Shown piece by piece: positions 52,021-64,000 of a DNA stretch of 64,000 nucleotides; positions within the stretch are counted from its first letter, which is position 1; each line of letters begins with the position of its first letter. Location of the stretch: the NCBI GenBank assembly GCA_964016885.1, contig OZ024742.1:104470001-104534000 (forward strand), given 5' to 3'. The DNA comes from Eledone cirrhosa (taxonomy: Eukaryota). Under the pieces are notes generated by a model. The model ran no database searches. It was given only the letters and a program-made list of their open reading frames with translations, and was not told where the DNA came from. Both the position numbers and the translations under genes were made by a program.

Positions 52021-52362
52021 TCTACTATAGCTTGAGGTTGACTTGTGGATAACATTTGGTAGGCAGAAATGGCGGGGAAGCACATTTTGTTGTGTTCCAA
52101 TGTTCACTTGAATGAATAGTATCAAGCTTGATGTATTGAAACTAGTAATTTCCAGAGGTTGACTAATGAGAAGGGACTGTTGGTTATATTCCGTTTTTTT
52201 CATTGTCTTTATCTTGTGTGCCTTCTCATTTTGGATCATCATCATCATCATCATCACTGTTTTACGTCCATTCTTCCACGCTAGCATGGTGATATGTATA
52301 TATATATATAATATGGGAAAGAAGACATTAAACAATGATGATGATAATCGATATATATATTC

Positions 52363-52408
<46 letters not shown>

Positions 52409-54069
52409 TTTCTTGACTTTGTCTAAATTCTTCTGTATATATATATGTGTTTGTATGTTTACTTTTACAGTTAATTTATATCTCATAACTTAACAGTTTG
52501 ACAAAAAAGAGATTAATAAATAAGTGTCAGACATGAAAAACATAAGAGCTTGGGTCAATATGATCAACTAAATCCCTTCAAAGCAGCACCCCAAGTAAAC
52601 ATGAAAGGCTAGAAAAATTATCAATCTGTCTATATACAGATAATACACACATGTGTACACATGCACACATACATATATTCTTTATTAACATCAAGCTTGA
52701 GTCTTGATACTCTAGAGTTTTTTTCTTTGTACTCACAGTGTCATCAGTTTGTGTGTTCATATCTGTGTGTGAGTGTGTGCGTGCGTACGTGTGTGTGTGT
52801 GTGTGTGTAACAGCTGTTCTGTCCTAGCTATATGAGCAGTTTTCAAATGAGTGAGGGCACACTTGTACCTTCTAGAGTGTTAGCAGCTGTTCAGATCTGA
52901 AGTAGTTTTTTCAGCCTTGAAGTAGAAGCCAATCTACTAAGGTGCATATTTAGTTGTGTTAAAGGTATGTAGCGGCCATGAAAAAAGATCATCAAAGATG
53001 AGGTCTTAGGGTTCAGTAGTTGTAAAGTTTGTGAAGGGTTTAGATATGTTTGTTCATGTATATGAAGGATGTGGTATTGTAGCTATTTCATTGGTATGTA
53101 TACTGAATGTGTTTTAGTTTTGATGAATAAGGTTAGGTTTATATATATATATATATGTCATCATCATCACCATCATTACCATCATTGTTTAACATCCGTT
53201 TTATCTGCTATCAAGGGTTTGACAGGTCGTCCCAAACTGTTCAGTACTCAAATAACTGAAACCAGTGAAAGAACAAAAGAATAATATATAGCTTCACAGA
53301 AATAATGGCTAAAGGAACATTTATTAAATGAAGAATGTAAGCACTGCATCTTGATTACCTTATACAGAATTTCTTTGGTTAGGAGGAGCACCCAGTTATG
53401 AAAATAGCAAACCCAAATGCAAATCTTTAGCCATTTGAACACCAACCCAATCAAAACTACCTCAGGTTCTATGAGACAAAAACCAGCCATTTAAAAGTGT
53501 TCTTATTTAAATTAAAATCTTCCAACATAATTTGATATAACAACCATATGTTAATTTACTATGAAATAATTAATAATTTAAATAAATCCTTCAATAATTC
53601 TTCATCTAGACAGAATGATTCGTTGAACAGGTGTTGACTAAGCAATACAGGTACACACACATATATATATACAAACAACCAAAATGGTGAAATTAACTGA
53701 ACTATTGACTGGGATACTGCCAGATAAAATAACAGACCACTACCACCACTACTACTACTACTAATACTACTACTACTACTGAAAGATAATATCATTTTTG
53801 TAAACTTATTACTTAAACAAAGATTTTTATGTTAACTATTTTACAAACAAAAATTATACAATGAGGGAAAATATTAAAAAAGAATAAAAATAAAATTAAG
53901 TAATGAAAAATAAAAAGAGGGAAGGGGTAAAGAAGGGCAGATCTGGCTGTATAGGAAAGTAAAAGGAAGGACTATAAATGCCATAAATGAGAAGAAAAGG
54001 AGGGAAAGAGCAAGAACTATGGGAAAGGGAGGGGGGAAGGGTAGAGGGTGACAGACTCTACACGTAGGT

Positions 54070-54365
54070 CAGGGTGGTGTTTCGGCTGTGCCCCGCAGAC
54101 AAAACTGTAGAGGCATTTCTGTGGACAACGACCAGTGACACCCATTGCAACAGCCACCTCATCTCGTGGGGCTCCTTCCTGAGATGGGCTGCTGACATTT
54201 CGATTTTATGGAGGAGCTTGGATGTATGGGGTTTGAAGATGTCTGAGATCTTGACAGTAACTGGTGCAAAGAGGAAGCAGCTAGACAAGCCCTGGCACTT
54301 GCTTGTCTTCCTGTCCTCTGCATTGTGGGCTGCTGTACCGAGGTTTGTGGACAAAGTGACTAAGT
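54070..54365 (-). pseudogene. CRE-like RLE 3' fragment
   Basis: 'AAHNAEDRKTSKCQGL...FAPVTVK...WLLQWVSLVVVHRNASTVLSAG' is homologous to 4161 and 27975. Confidence 0.8.
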
Positions 54366-54574
54366 TGGAGGCGAGAATGTGTCATATCCCAGATGAGGGA
54401 TTTATTTCTCTCAAATTGGAAGAGGGTAATTCCGTTGGGGCACTTGCCCTTTCTGTGGTAGAGGCCTGCTGGCTCCAGTTGTGACGGGAAGACATTTTTT
54501 ATTTGATACGTCTTCTTGATAGTTATACTTTGTAATTGATGATTCTACATGTCTACACTATTGGAGCTACAGCT

Positions 54575-55332
54575 AGTTATTGTTGTTGATGTGGTTGTTG
54601 TTGTTGTTGTGGTGGTGGTGGTGGTTATTGTTGTTGTAGTGGTGGTGGTGGTGGTGGTGGTTATTGTTGTTGTTGTTTTGGTGGTGGTGGTTATTGTTGT
54701 GGTGGTGGTGGTGGTTATTGTTGTTGTTGTTGTGGTAGTGGTGGTGGTGGTTATTGTTGTTGTTGTGGTGGTGATTATTGTTGTTGTAGTGGTGGTGGTG
54801 GTTGTGGTGGTTATTGTTGTTGTTGTGGTGGTGGTTATTGTTGTTGTTGTTGTGGTGGTGGTGGTTATTGTTGTTGTAGTGGTGGTGGTGGTGGTTATTG
54901 TTGATGTTGATGTGATTGTTGTTGTGGTGGTGGTGGTGGTGGTGATTGTTGTTGTTGTTGCTGTTGCTGTTGTGGTGGTGGTGGTGGTTATTGTAGTTGA
55001 TGTGATTGTTGTGGTGGTGGTTATTGTTGTTGTGGTGGTGGTGGTTATTGTTGTTGTTGTTGTGGTGGTGGTTATTGTTGTTGTTGTAGTGGTGGTTATT
55101 GTTGTTGTTGTTGTGGTGGTGGTTATTGTTGTTGTTGTTGTGGTGGTTATTGTTGTTGTGGTGGTGGTGGTGGTTATTGTTGTTGTTGTTGTGATGGTGG
55201 TTATTGTTGTTGTTGTTGGGGTGGTGGTGATTATTGTTGTTGTTGTTGATGTGGCTGTTATGGTGGTGGTGGTAATGGTTATTGTTGTTGTTGTTGTTGT
55301 GGTGGCGGTTATTGTTGTTAGTGTTGTTGATG
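54575..55332. repeat. Long compound trinucleotide array (GTT)n(GTG)nGTT-ATT
   Basis: ~250 triplets with a recurring higher-order unit; source of the poly-Val ORF 54549..55352. Confidence 0.97.
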
Positions 55333-55769
55333 TTTCCTTTTATATGCTATAAAATGTTCAATGGACCATTGAGCTTTTACAGCTAAAGATTAATTGTACA
55401 ACATCACTGAAATGGCGGGTATGAGGAAGGTGTGAGTGTGTGTGTGTGTGTATGTGTGTGTATGTGTGTGTGTGCATGCGTGTTTCTTTTATTGATATTA
55501 TTGCCACTGTTTGTAATTAATATGTGTCTGTGTGCATTGGTGCATGTGTGTATGTGTGCACGTGTGTGTATGTGTGCATTGGTGTATCAGCTTGTGTTTG
55601 TGAGAGTGCATTTGATATTTAGTTGCTTTTGTTTGTTTGTTACGGTTACCTGTAATTAAGAGAAATAAAAGAATATATGTATGTATATATGTATGTGATA
55701 TATATATACACACATATATATATATGCACATATATATATATATATATGCACACATATATATATATATAT

Positions 55770-56322
55770 GCACATAGTATCTAGAATAAAGACGGGTTGG
55801 AAGAAGTTTAGGGAGCTGCTTCCTCTGTTCACAAAGAAGGGTTTTTCCCTGCGTACGAAAGGATGGTTATATGATGCCTGTGTGAGATGCGTGGTAGCGA
55901 GACATGGGCAGCAACTGCAGAGGATATGCGACGGCTGGAGAGGAATGAAGCAAGTATGCTCCGTTGGATGTGCAATGCCAATGTGCGTAAACGACCAAGC
56001 ATAGACGAGTTGAGAAAGAAACTGGGTATAAGAGGGATAAGTTGTGGTGTATGGGAGAGAAGGCTGAGATGGTATGGACATGTGATGTGCATGGAGGATG
56101 ACCACTGGGTAAAGAAGTGCCAAGAAATCCCAGTAGAAGGAAGACGCAGTAGAGGTAGACCACGAAAAACATGGGAAGAGGTGGTGAGAGCAGACCTCAG
56201 ATCGCTGAAACTCACCGAGGAGATGACAAAGGACCGTGACAAGTGGAGAGATGCTGTGCTGAATAGGAGCCGTCCAACCCTTGCAAGCAGGGAAAAGCAG
56301 ATGTAAAATGATGATGATGATG
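55770..56322 (+). pseudogene. 5'-truncated RTE-clade LINE (ORF C-terminus plus 3' tail)
   Basis: 'GSETWA...MLRWMC...RRLRWYGHV...EGRRSRGRPRKTW'; ends cccttgcaagcagggaaaagcagatgtaaaa(tga)n and sits in a TA-rich microsatellite. Confidence 0.93.
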
Positions 56323-56369
56323 ATATATACACATATATATGCACATATATATGGATACACACATGTGAT

Positions 56370-56555
56370 ATTGACACATGTGAGAATGAGTACTGAATAC
56401 AGAAGTGGAGTTTAAATATTCTATGTTATGGCTAAGTGAAAAGCCTTGTTACTTTAGAGATTCACCTGTGTACTCACAGGATCATCAGACTGTCTATTGA
56501 TCCTGTGAGTACACAGGTGAAGTAATAAAACTCATCACTTAGCCATAATAAAGAA
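56370..56555 (+). mobile_element. TA-embedded fold-back element, family X2, with decayed hammerhead on the minus strand (~56445-56494)
   Basis: Leader at 56389-56411; perfect 24-bp inverted repeat 56461-56484 / 56498-56521; minus strand reads CTGATGA-t-cctgtg-agta-cacagg-t-GAAT-ctctaaa-GTA. Confidence 0.7.
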
Positions 56556-57120
56556 AAAAAATATATATATCACTAAAGGCACGTGGCTGAGTAGTAAGAG
56601 AATTGGATTCGAAATTGTGAGGTTCTGAGTTCGATTCCTGGACTGGGCAATGCATTATGTCCTTGAGCAAGACACTTTATTTCACTTTGCTCCTTCTACC
56701 AGTTGTGACTGATAGAGAGTATTAGCAATTAGAAAGACCAATGAAAACATTGTTCCTTCGGTCCGATTTGACGAAAGTCGATCGACTGTCGTTGATATAT
56801 ATATATATCATCATCGTTTAATGTCTACTTACCATGCTTGCATAGGTTAGTTAGCTGTCACACGCTAAGGCCAGACAAGTCAGGCGACTAGGTCCTGCTC
56901 ATATGCTTTGTTTTGGCTTGGTTTCTATAGCTGGATGCCCTTCCTAATGTCAACCACATTTACTGTGTTTGCTGGGCACTTTTTGTCTTGTCAATAATAT
57001 GTGTGTGTTCACCACATTTTCTGTTATGCACATGCACACATACACACATTATACACCCTTTCTATATTATTTTACTTCCCCACTTATTGTAACTTTTAGT
57101 TTAAGAACCTTGTCTATACT

Positions 57121-57277
57121 ATGATGGTGATCACGATAATTATATTGATGGTGATGATAGTGATGATGATGGCCATAACTATAATCTTGGTGATTATATT
57201 GATGATGATAATGTTGGTGGTGGTGATGTTGATGAGAATGATGCTGCTGCTGCTGATGATGGTGGTGGTGGTAGTGG

Positions 57278-57310
<33 letters not shown>

Positions 57311-57320
57311 GTATGATAAC
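57121..57320. repeat. Degenerate (ATG/GTG)n repeat
   Basis: Low-complexity triplets. Confidence 0.9.
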
Positions 57321-57969
57321 AAACTACATCCAGAATATAATACTGTATCTCATTTATCTAACAGAAAAACTAAGGCTGCTTACATCCACCATTCCACTCA
57401 ACTCCACTTCTCGCTATTCAATCAATCATAGATTAGGTTCACTGATGTGAGGAGGGGTGGTGGTGTTGGTGGAGGTCATGTGGTCATAGTGGTAGTGGCC
57501 ATGGTTGAGTTGGTGGTGGTAATGATGGAAGTGATGTCCTTATTGTTGTTGGGAGAAGGGAGAAAGTTACAAAGGATGTAAAAAAATGAATAGTCAGTCT
57601 CTTGATCAAAATACCTGTCACACATTAATGGTAAATGGGATCTTATTTGCTAAAGGTTGTTGCTTAGTTACAGGTGAGCTCTGATAGAACAGACATATAT
57701 ATGCTCAAAGCAGTTCTAGCCATGGAGTTCCATCTCATATTTCTTTCTGATACAGGGTATCTAGGACTTTTTTTTATCCAGTGTATCCATCCTTTTATAA
57801 GACAGTAAAAATGTAAGTTGAGAGAAATTTGGCTGATGTTTCTAGCAGATTGAGGGATTATGTGATCCTTTGTTGGTTTGTAGTTTGGATGAGGTAACCT
57901 GTTCATTGTAAGGGACATTATAATTGTCTAAATCATTATAAGCAACAAATTGGGTAGAACGCTTTAAGC

Positions 57970-58147
57970 CGGTCATGAGCAACCTGCGGCCCATGGAGCT
58001 TTCTGAATGGCTCGCCTAAGTCAGAACAACCCGAGTTACCGCCCTTTTTTTTAATGTGGGCACGAATGTAAATTAGCGCTTGTGGCCCGCCTGATGAAGA
58101 GCCATATCTTGTGTGGCCCGCTTCTCAAAAAAGGTTGCCCATGCCTG
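57970..58147. mobile_element. hAT-family MITE
   Basis: 16-bp TIRs cggtcatgagcaacct / aggttgcccatgcctg (13/16 match); perfect 8-bp TSD CTTTAAGC at 57962-57969 and 58148-58155; subterminal (t/c)ggcccg repeats. Confidence 0.92.
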
Positions 58148-58149
58148 CT

Positions 58150-58379
58150 TTAAGCCTTCAGCTTTTAAACTGGCCATATCTGACTAGAATTCTCTCACCT
58201 CTTTCTGTTCAAACCGGCCATAACCGATGGTTCATACTTATGTTAAGGTATTGTTCTCAAAATATACATAACATCAAAATCTCGTAGATTTGATATTATG
58301 TGAGATATTATGTGAGATAAATCCTTTACCATCAAAATACAGTAGTAAATGTAGAGTAATGTAAATGCTAAAGGGTTAA
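58150..58379 (+). mobile_element. piggyBac-like MITE, copy 2
   Basis: Colinear with 817-1033; intact right end TAAATGCTAAAGGG-TTAA. Confidence 0.82.
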
Positions 58380-60345
58380 GAAAGGTACTAACTCAAAATA
58401 AGAACTGACTCTGTGATAATTCATTCAGCATGGAAAGCTGAGGAAAAGAGATGATGGTGGCACACACACACACACACACACACATACACACCTATTTTAA
58501 AGTTCTAAATTTCTTATTTCTCTTACATACCCAGTAGCTGTCCATGTTTTCTTTACATGCAACAACCTTAGTGGAGCAAGAAGGACTTGCTGGTTGACTG
58601 ATTATAAAAGCATGGGAAAAAAATATAGTGAGTTGGTTTATTGTTCATGTGAGACCAAAATGGTACTATTGTATAGTTTGTTGCTTTATTTCATATTTTT
58701 TATTTTTTTATTTTTATAGTTATTGTTGTTGTGTTTTGGTTTATCTGTTTTATAAATAAATTTGTATGAGGAGAGAGAGATTTCTTGGCTAAATAAAGTG
58801 TCATAGACTAGTTTTTTTTATGTGTTTTATAAGATGATGCATTGAATGTAACAAGGTAGAGTGCTCCTAGCCACAGAATGTAGTGTTGAGTGCCATGGGA
58901 AGGAAGGTTAATTATCACATGATAGAGTGTTCACTGTCATAGGATCATGTGTTGAGTGAATGTCACAGGCTGGAATTGTTCATGTCACACAGTCACGTAT
59001 TCAGTGAGACACCAACTCCCTCGAAAAAATGTGTTGACTGTTATTAACTAGAGTGATGCTAAGGTGAAACCCGAACAACGAAGATAAAAAGCAATCAAAA
59101 CATAACTGATTAGTGTCTGTATGTGTTTCTGGATGCACAGCTCTTGATATAGTTGTAGGGGAACCATCCTGACATACATCTGGAGCATTTTTTAAAAACC
59201 TGACAGAGCCCATCCTTCTCTAGATCTGGACACAGCTGACTTCTTCCAGAGAGATATATTGAGTGATATATTGAGGAAGATTTAACTCCAGCACTAAACT
59301 AGTACTTTATTTTATTGACCTCAAAAGGATGACAGGCAAAGTTGACCTTCATAGGATTTGAACTCAGAGTGCAGAGAGTCAGAAAGAATACTACAAAGCA
59401 TTTTTTCTAGCATTCTATCAACTCTGCCAATTTGTCACCTATGATTAGTGTATAATGTTGACCAACCTAAAAATCAAGTGTAAAATCTTGAAATGACTTA
59501 CTGATTAACAGAAACCCAGCTATTGCTGGTATTCATGTTCAACTGAGTGTACTGTAGCAAAGTGAAACTGTTTTGCTCAAGAACATAACATGCCATTTGG
59601 TCTAGGAATCAAACCCACAATACTATGATCATAGGTCCAACATCTTTACCACTAGGCCATGCACCCTCACTTTATGTAAAAGCTTTTTCTTAAATTATGT
59701 ACCAAACACCAACTTATTAATGATTTCTAATTTAGGTACAAGACCAGCAATTTTGAAGGCAAAGGTAAAGTTAAATAAATCAAACCTAGTACTGAAAAAG
59801 TTCTTTATTTTATTGACCCAGAAGGATGAAAAGCAAAGCTGACCCTGACAGGATTTGAACTCAGGACATAAAGAGCCATAAATAAATACCACAAAGTATT
59901 TTGTCCAACACTCTAAGGATTCTGTTAAGCCGCCATCCTAAACATGAACTTAATAATGAGAAAATTAGTTATATTACTAAATCCTTCAAATTCCTGGCTA
60001 TTTTTCAAATTAACTGAAACACAAACAATGTTTCTCATTAGAAATATTGTAATGAAAGGGTTAACAAGATCTAAGTGAAATTAGTAAAACCTTGGGTGAG
60101 ATCTATATGGCATATAAAAATACTGACAAAGCTTAAATGAATTGTGTAAAATGTTGATAAAATTCAAGCATCAAATATAAAATACTGATAAATTTGAAAA
60201 ATCAGTGTAAATATGCTGACAAAACTCAATGTATCAATGTTGAATGTTTACAAAATTAAAGTTATCCCTGGACAGACAAGAAGATAAATACAAAATGTAA
60301 AATAATCAATATGTTCCATGATTAATTGAATTGCATGCATGCATT

Positions 60346-60385
<40 letters not shown>

Positions 60386-61828
60386 AACCCATAACTCCAG
60401 GTGGAATTGTAGGGGCACTGTAGTAACATACAGCATATCTTGTACTTTTTTTTATTGGCTTTGAATGGAAGAAAGGCAAAATTAAGGTTGGAAAGATTTG
60501 AGCGGAGAGAGCTTAAATAAATACCACAAAACATTCAACATTCTAACGACGTAGCCAATTCACTACCATTGATATGATAATTAACATCCAATATGTAAGA
60601 TGGGAAATGTGTTGTTGGAAGAGGGAAATAAAGAAGTTTCCGGAATGATTGTCAGGAAATAAAACTTTTGAGAAGTCAACAATGAAATATTTCAAAATGT
60701 TATGGGAAGTGACGTGAAATAAATAATAGGAAAATTATAATTTAAAGTTGCCTTGCATCCTTTCAAAATTAATAAAAAAAAGTACCAGTCTAGTACTGGG
60801 GTCAATTCTACCTCTATATCTCTTGTGAGAGACTTCTCTCACACTTTCTCTTTTTCCTTCTCTGAAAGAAATCAGCTGTGCTAGACCTGGAGAAAGATGG
60901 GTTCTACCAAGTTTGAAATGCTCAAGACACACCATATGTCACTACAATGCTTGTCTCATAAAAAATTACAGGTCCATACATACATAAGATGTTTTTCCAT
61001 CTATGTGTATCTGGTTTAGAATAGGTAAAACATGTCGTGGAGTGTCTTAAGAAGCAACTAAAAGTTTAGGTGTCAGGAAGGGTATCCAGTTGTAAAACAT
61101 TGCCTCGCAAAATCCCATCTAACTCAGGCCTGCATGGAAAAGTCGACATAAGAACAAATAAGAGAAAACAATAAAGTTCTGATCCACTCTATGCGTTTTG
61201 TCATGTCTACTGACTGGATATTTACCATACAATTCCCATTGTTAATAATTCTCTGCTTTTCAAATACTTATAATGTTATAGGAAAAAAATAATAAAATTG
61301 AAATCTTAGACAACATTATTGCATGTGATTATTTATATCTTGTGGTTGTTGCAGAATTACTGACATTTGAATAATTTATATATGTGTGTGTTTGTGTGTG
61401 TATATTAAAATTGCAATATTGGGCCACCCCACCCCATGGCAAAGGCAGAGCAAACCACTCACTCTTTACCTAGTTCCAAACCTTAGTTTAAAATCATTGG
61501 TACCTTATAGGGACCATATTAGATATTAAGCTAAGAACAGATATTACACTTTGATCTGAGAAGTGATTTCAATATTGGACACAGCAATTGAAGAGAATAG
61601 GTATAATCTTTTTCTGGGGAAAATTAATTGTAATAGACTAATATCATAAGTAGTAACCAAACCGAAATACAGATCTGTATGAGCAAGACGTGGTCACCCA
61701 TCCTGAATTGTCTCATAACATGAGAACCTGTCTAATCCATGCAAGCATGAAAAATGAACATTAAACGATGATGATAATATACACACACATATATAAATAT
61801 ATTGTGTTCGTATGTGTTTGTGTGTGTG

Positions 61829-61862
<34 letters not shown>

Positions 61863-61917
61863 TATATATATGTATATATATATATATAATATATATATGT
61901 ATATATATATATATATG

Positions 61918-61971
<54 letters not shown>

Positions 61972-62151
61972 AACACCCACACATAAATATATCTATAAAC
62001 TACACAATAATTTGTCATGCTTTATATTTATTTCTGTTTGTATATGTAAAGTTTTCTTGTTATAATGTTTGTGTCAATGAGACGAAAATATAATTACTCT
62101 ACAAACTAGAATGACAAGGCTTTTTTTATACTGTGATAAATAAACACAAAT

Positions 62152-62182
<31 letters not shown>

Positions 62183-62221
62183 CTAAAATTAACATAGTGT
62201 AATCATGCATGTATATATGTA

Positions 62222-62259
<38 letters not shown>

Positions 62260-62265
<6 letters not shown>

Positions 62266-62450
62266 GTTTCTACTTTTGGCACAAGGCCATCAATTATCCA
62301 GTGCATTACTGGTACTTTATTTTATCGACCCCGTAAGGATGAAAGGCAAAGTTAACCTCGGCGGGATTTGAACTCAGAATGGCAAGGCCCATAACTCTAT
62401 GCGTCAAAGCATGGCGTCCGACCCTCTACCTATACTGCCAATCCACCGCC
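62260..62450 (-). mobile_element. SINE A short form, full length
   Basis: Reverse complement of family A within (TA)n. Confidence 0.92.
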
Positions 62451-62507
62451 ATATATATATATAATATACATATATCATCATCATATATATGTATATATAT
62501 AAGTATA

Positions 62508-62557
<50 letters not shown>

Positions 62558-62744
62558 ATAGGGAGTTGATGGACCCAGCATATTTACCAGGACCGGTTGT
62601 ATCTCAGCTTACTCAATAGGTAATGTAGAATACATTCCAGAGTATACACATAGTTATTTGCTTCAATACAACACACGTAAACGGGTGCCTATAGTAGTTC
62701 CCAGACTCGAGTTTTGGCCACACTTATATATATAATATATATAC

Positions 62745-63540
62745 TGGAGTACTTATATAAACAGCAAAGATGACTTGGCTCACAGGATGTGTTCCTGGAT
62801 TCTCAGAACTTTCCAGTCTTGAGAAACTCACACCATCCTCCTACTCTACTCTACCTTTGCCCAGCCCCACCTTGAATACTGTTGTCTACTGTGGTCTCCT
62901 CATATGAAACAAAATATTATGACAATTCGAGCACTTCACAATAACACAAGAGAGAGACAGTATGACAGGCCTTGACTATTGGGGTCAATTAGAAAAACTC
63001 AAACTCTATTTTCTTTAATACCACCATAAGCACAACATCATCTCTATTTTTATCTAGGGCGGGTAAAATTCTCGAGATCCATGGACGAGTTCTCTCCAGC
63101 GGTCTCTGTCCCTCATTATCGCTGCCATGTTCTGCGTCTCCAACAGACCAGTGTTTGTCCTTAGGGCATCAACATACGTTAACCTTGGTCTTCCTCTTCC
63201 AGTGTGTCCATGTAGGGGCTCCCACAGGAGCACTGAGTGCAATGTCAACTCTATAGTGTGGAAAATTCCATCAATATTGCCTAAATGATATCAACATCAC
63301 CTTTAAAATCCACCAAAGGCTTGGCCCCTCTGCTATCCACCCACTACAAAAATCAAACTCGCATCTCATAGCAACCATAGGACCTCAACTGGCCCTCCTC
63401 TCTTTAATATCATACCAAAATACGTCAAGGTAGAAACAGATCTCATAATATTTAAAAATTTCCTCCAAGAAATCCCAGATAAACCCCTACACCCAGATGT
63501 CTCTGAAAAACAACAACTCTTTACTTGAGTGGACCATGGT
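62745..63540 (+). pseudogene. CR1-like LINE ORF2 C-terminal region, decayed and split by an RTE-type insertion
   Basis: Reads 'WILRTF...LLLYSTFAQPHLEYCCLLWSP...LDYWGQLEKLKLY', then after the insertion 'WKI...GPPLFNIIP...IPDKP...NNSLLEW'. Confidence 0.82.
63047..63248 (-). pseudogene. RTE-like LINE 3' fragment
   Basis: 'VLLWEPLHGHTGRGRPRLTYVDAL...MRDRDRWR'; ctctat is duplicated at both junctions. Confidence 0.85.
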
Positions 63541-63586
63541 GTCCAAAAAATGACTAGGCTGTAAACCCATAATTTGAAAGATTTTA

Positions 63587-63859
63587 CCAGGTGATGCGTT
63601 GTGTCCTTGAGCAAGACACTTTATTTCACATTGCTCCAGTTTACTCAGCTGTAGAAATGAGATGATAGGGACTGGGGTCCCTATCATTCCACTGCAAAGT
63701 GGTCGTGGAGGTGCCACGGCAAAAAAGCACCCAGCACTCGCTGTAAATGTGGTTGGTGTTAGGAAGGGCATCCAGCTGTAGAAATCAAGCCAGAATCAGT
63801 TGCCAGTCCCACCCTTGCAAGCAGGGAAAAAGCGGACATAAAATGATGATGATGATGAT
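63587..63859 (+). mobile_element. SINE family B, 5'-truncated
   Basis: Near-identical to 38705-38970, with RTE tail and (GAT)n. Confidence 0.92.
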
Positions 63860-64000
63860 ATATATATATACATATATATATATGTCTATAACTTTGATAG
63901 ATTTCAGCCAATGTTGGCTCAGGCCATACCTAAGTTATATATATAATACACACATATATATATATATATATGTGTATACTTGGTCGTTTCTATGGCTGTG

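Noticed and set aside
53248-53490. Possible minus-strand exon ending at AAG|gtaatc (~53359)
   Set aside because: No convincing acceptor, it overlaps a decayed MITE-like segment, and the peptide is not recognisable.
54549-55352. 267-aa poly-valine ORF as a membrane protein gene
   Set aside because: It is entirely a trinucleotide repeat, with no non-repetitive domain or splice support.
57383-57538. Possible minus-strand His-rich exon with GAT|gtaagc donor
   Set aside because: The His-rich frame stops before the donor and the sequence is low-complexity; the acceptor is only moderate.

Overview
This is AT-rich eukaryotic (animal) genomic DNA made almost entirely of microsatellites and interspersed repeats. 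The repeat families and the (TA)n/(CA)n/(GAT)n density fit a cephalopod, most likely an octopus; that is my inference from pattern recognition, not a database result. No intact protein-coding gene is present, and nearly all ORFs in the track are microsatellite or antisense artefacts. Supported content: (i) dozens of tRNA-headed SINE copies in several modular families, some with clean 11-15 bp target-site duplications (TSDs); (ii) decayed LINE fragments of the RTE, CR1-like and CRE-like (restriction-like endonuclease) clades; (iii) a decayed Helitron Rep fragment and a non-autonomous Helitron; (iv) several DNA-transposon MITEs (piggyBac-like, hAT-like, mariner/Tc1-like, pogo/Tigger-like), often nested; (v) one well-bounded 39-nt candidate host exon on the minus strand (45244-45282). 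The most interesting signal is a set of short elements embedded in (TA)n tracts. They share a leader motif (approximately GYACTCAATAC-n5-8-GTAGAGT) and an X...X' fold-back architecture, and several carry recognisable type I hammerhead ribozyme folds (13015, 13777, 29978, 34804, 35190, 56445, 6154). They look like non-autonomous Penelope-like or retrozyme-like elements. A 560-bp near-perfect palindrome (5217-5777) appears to belong to the same group. All coordinates were read by eye, and repeat boundaries without a TSD are approximate.
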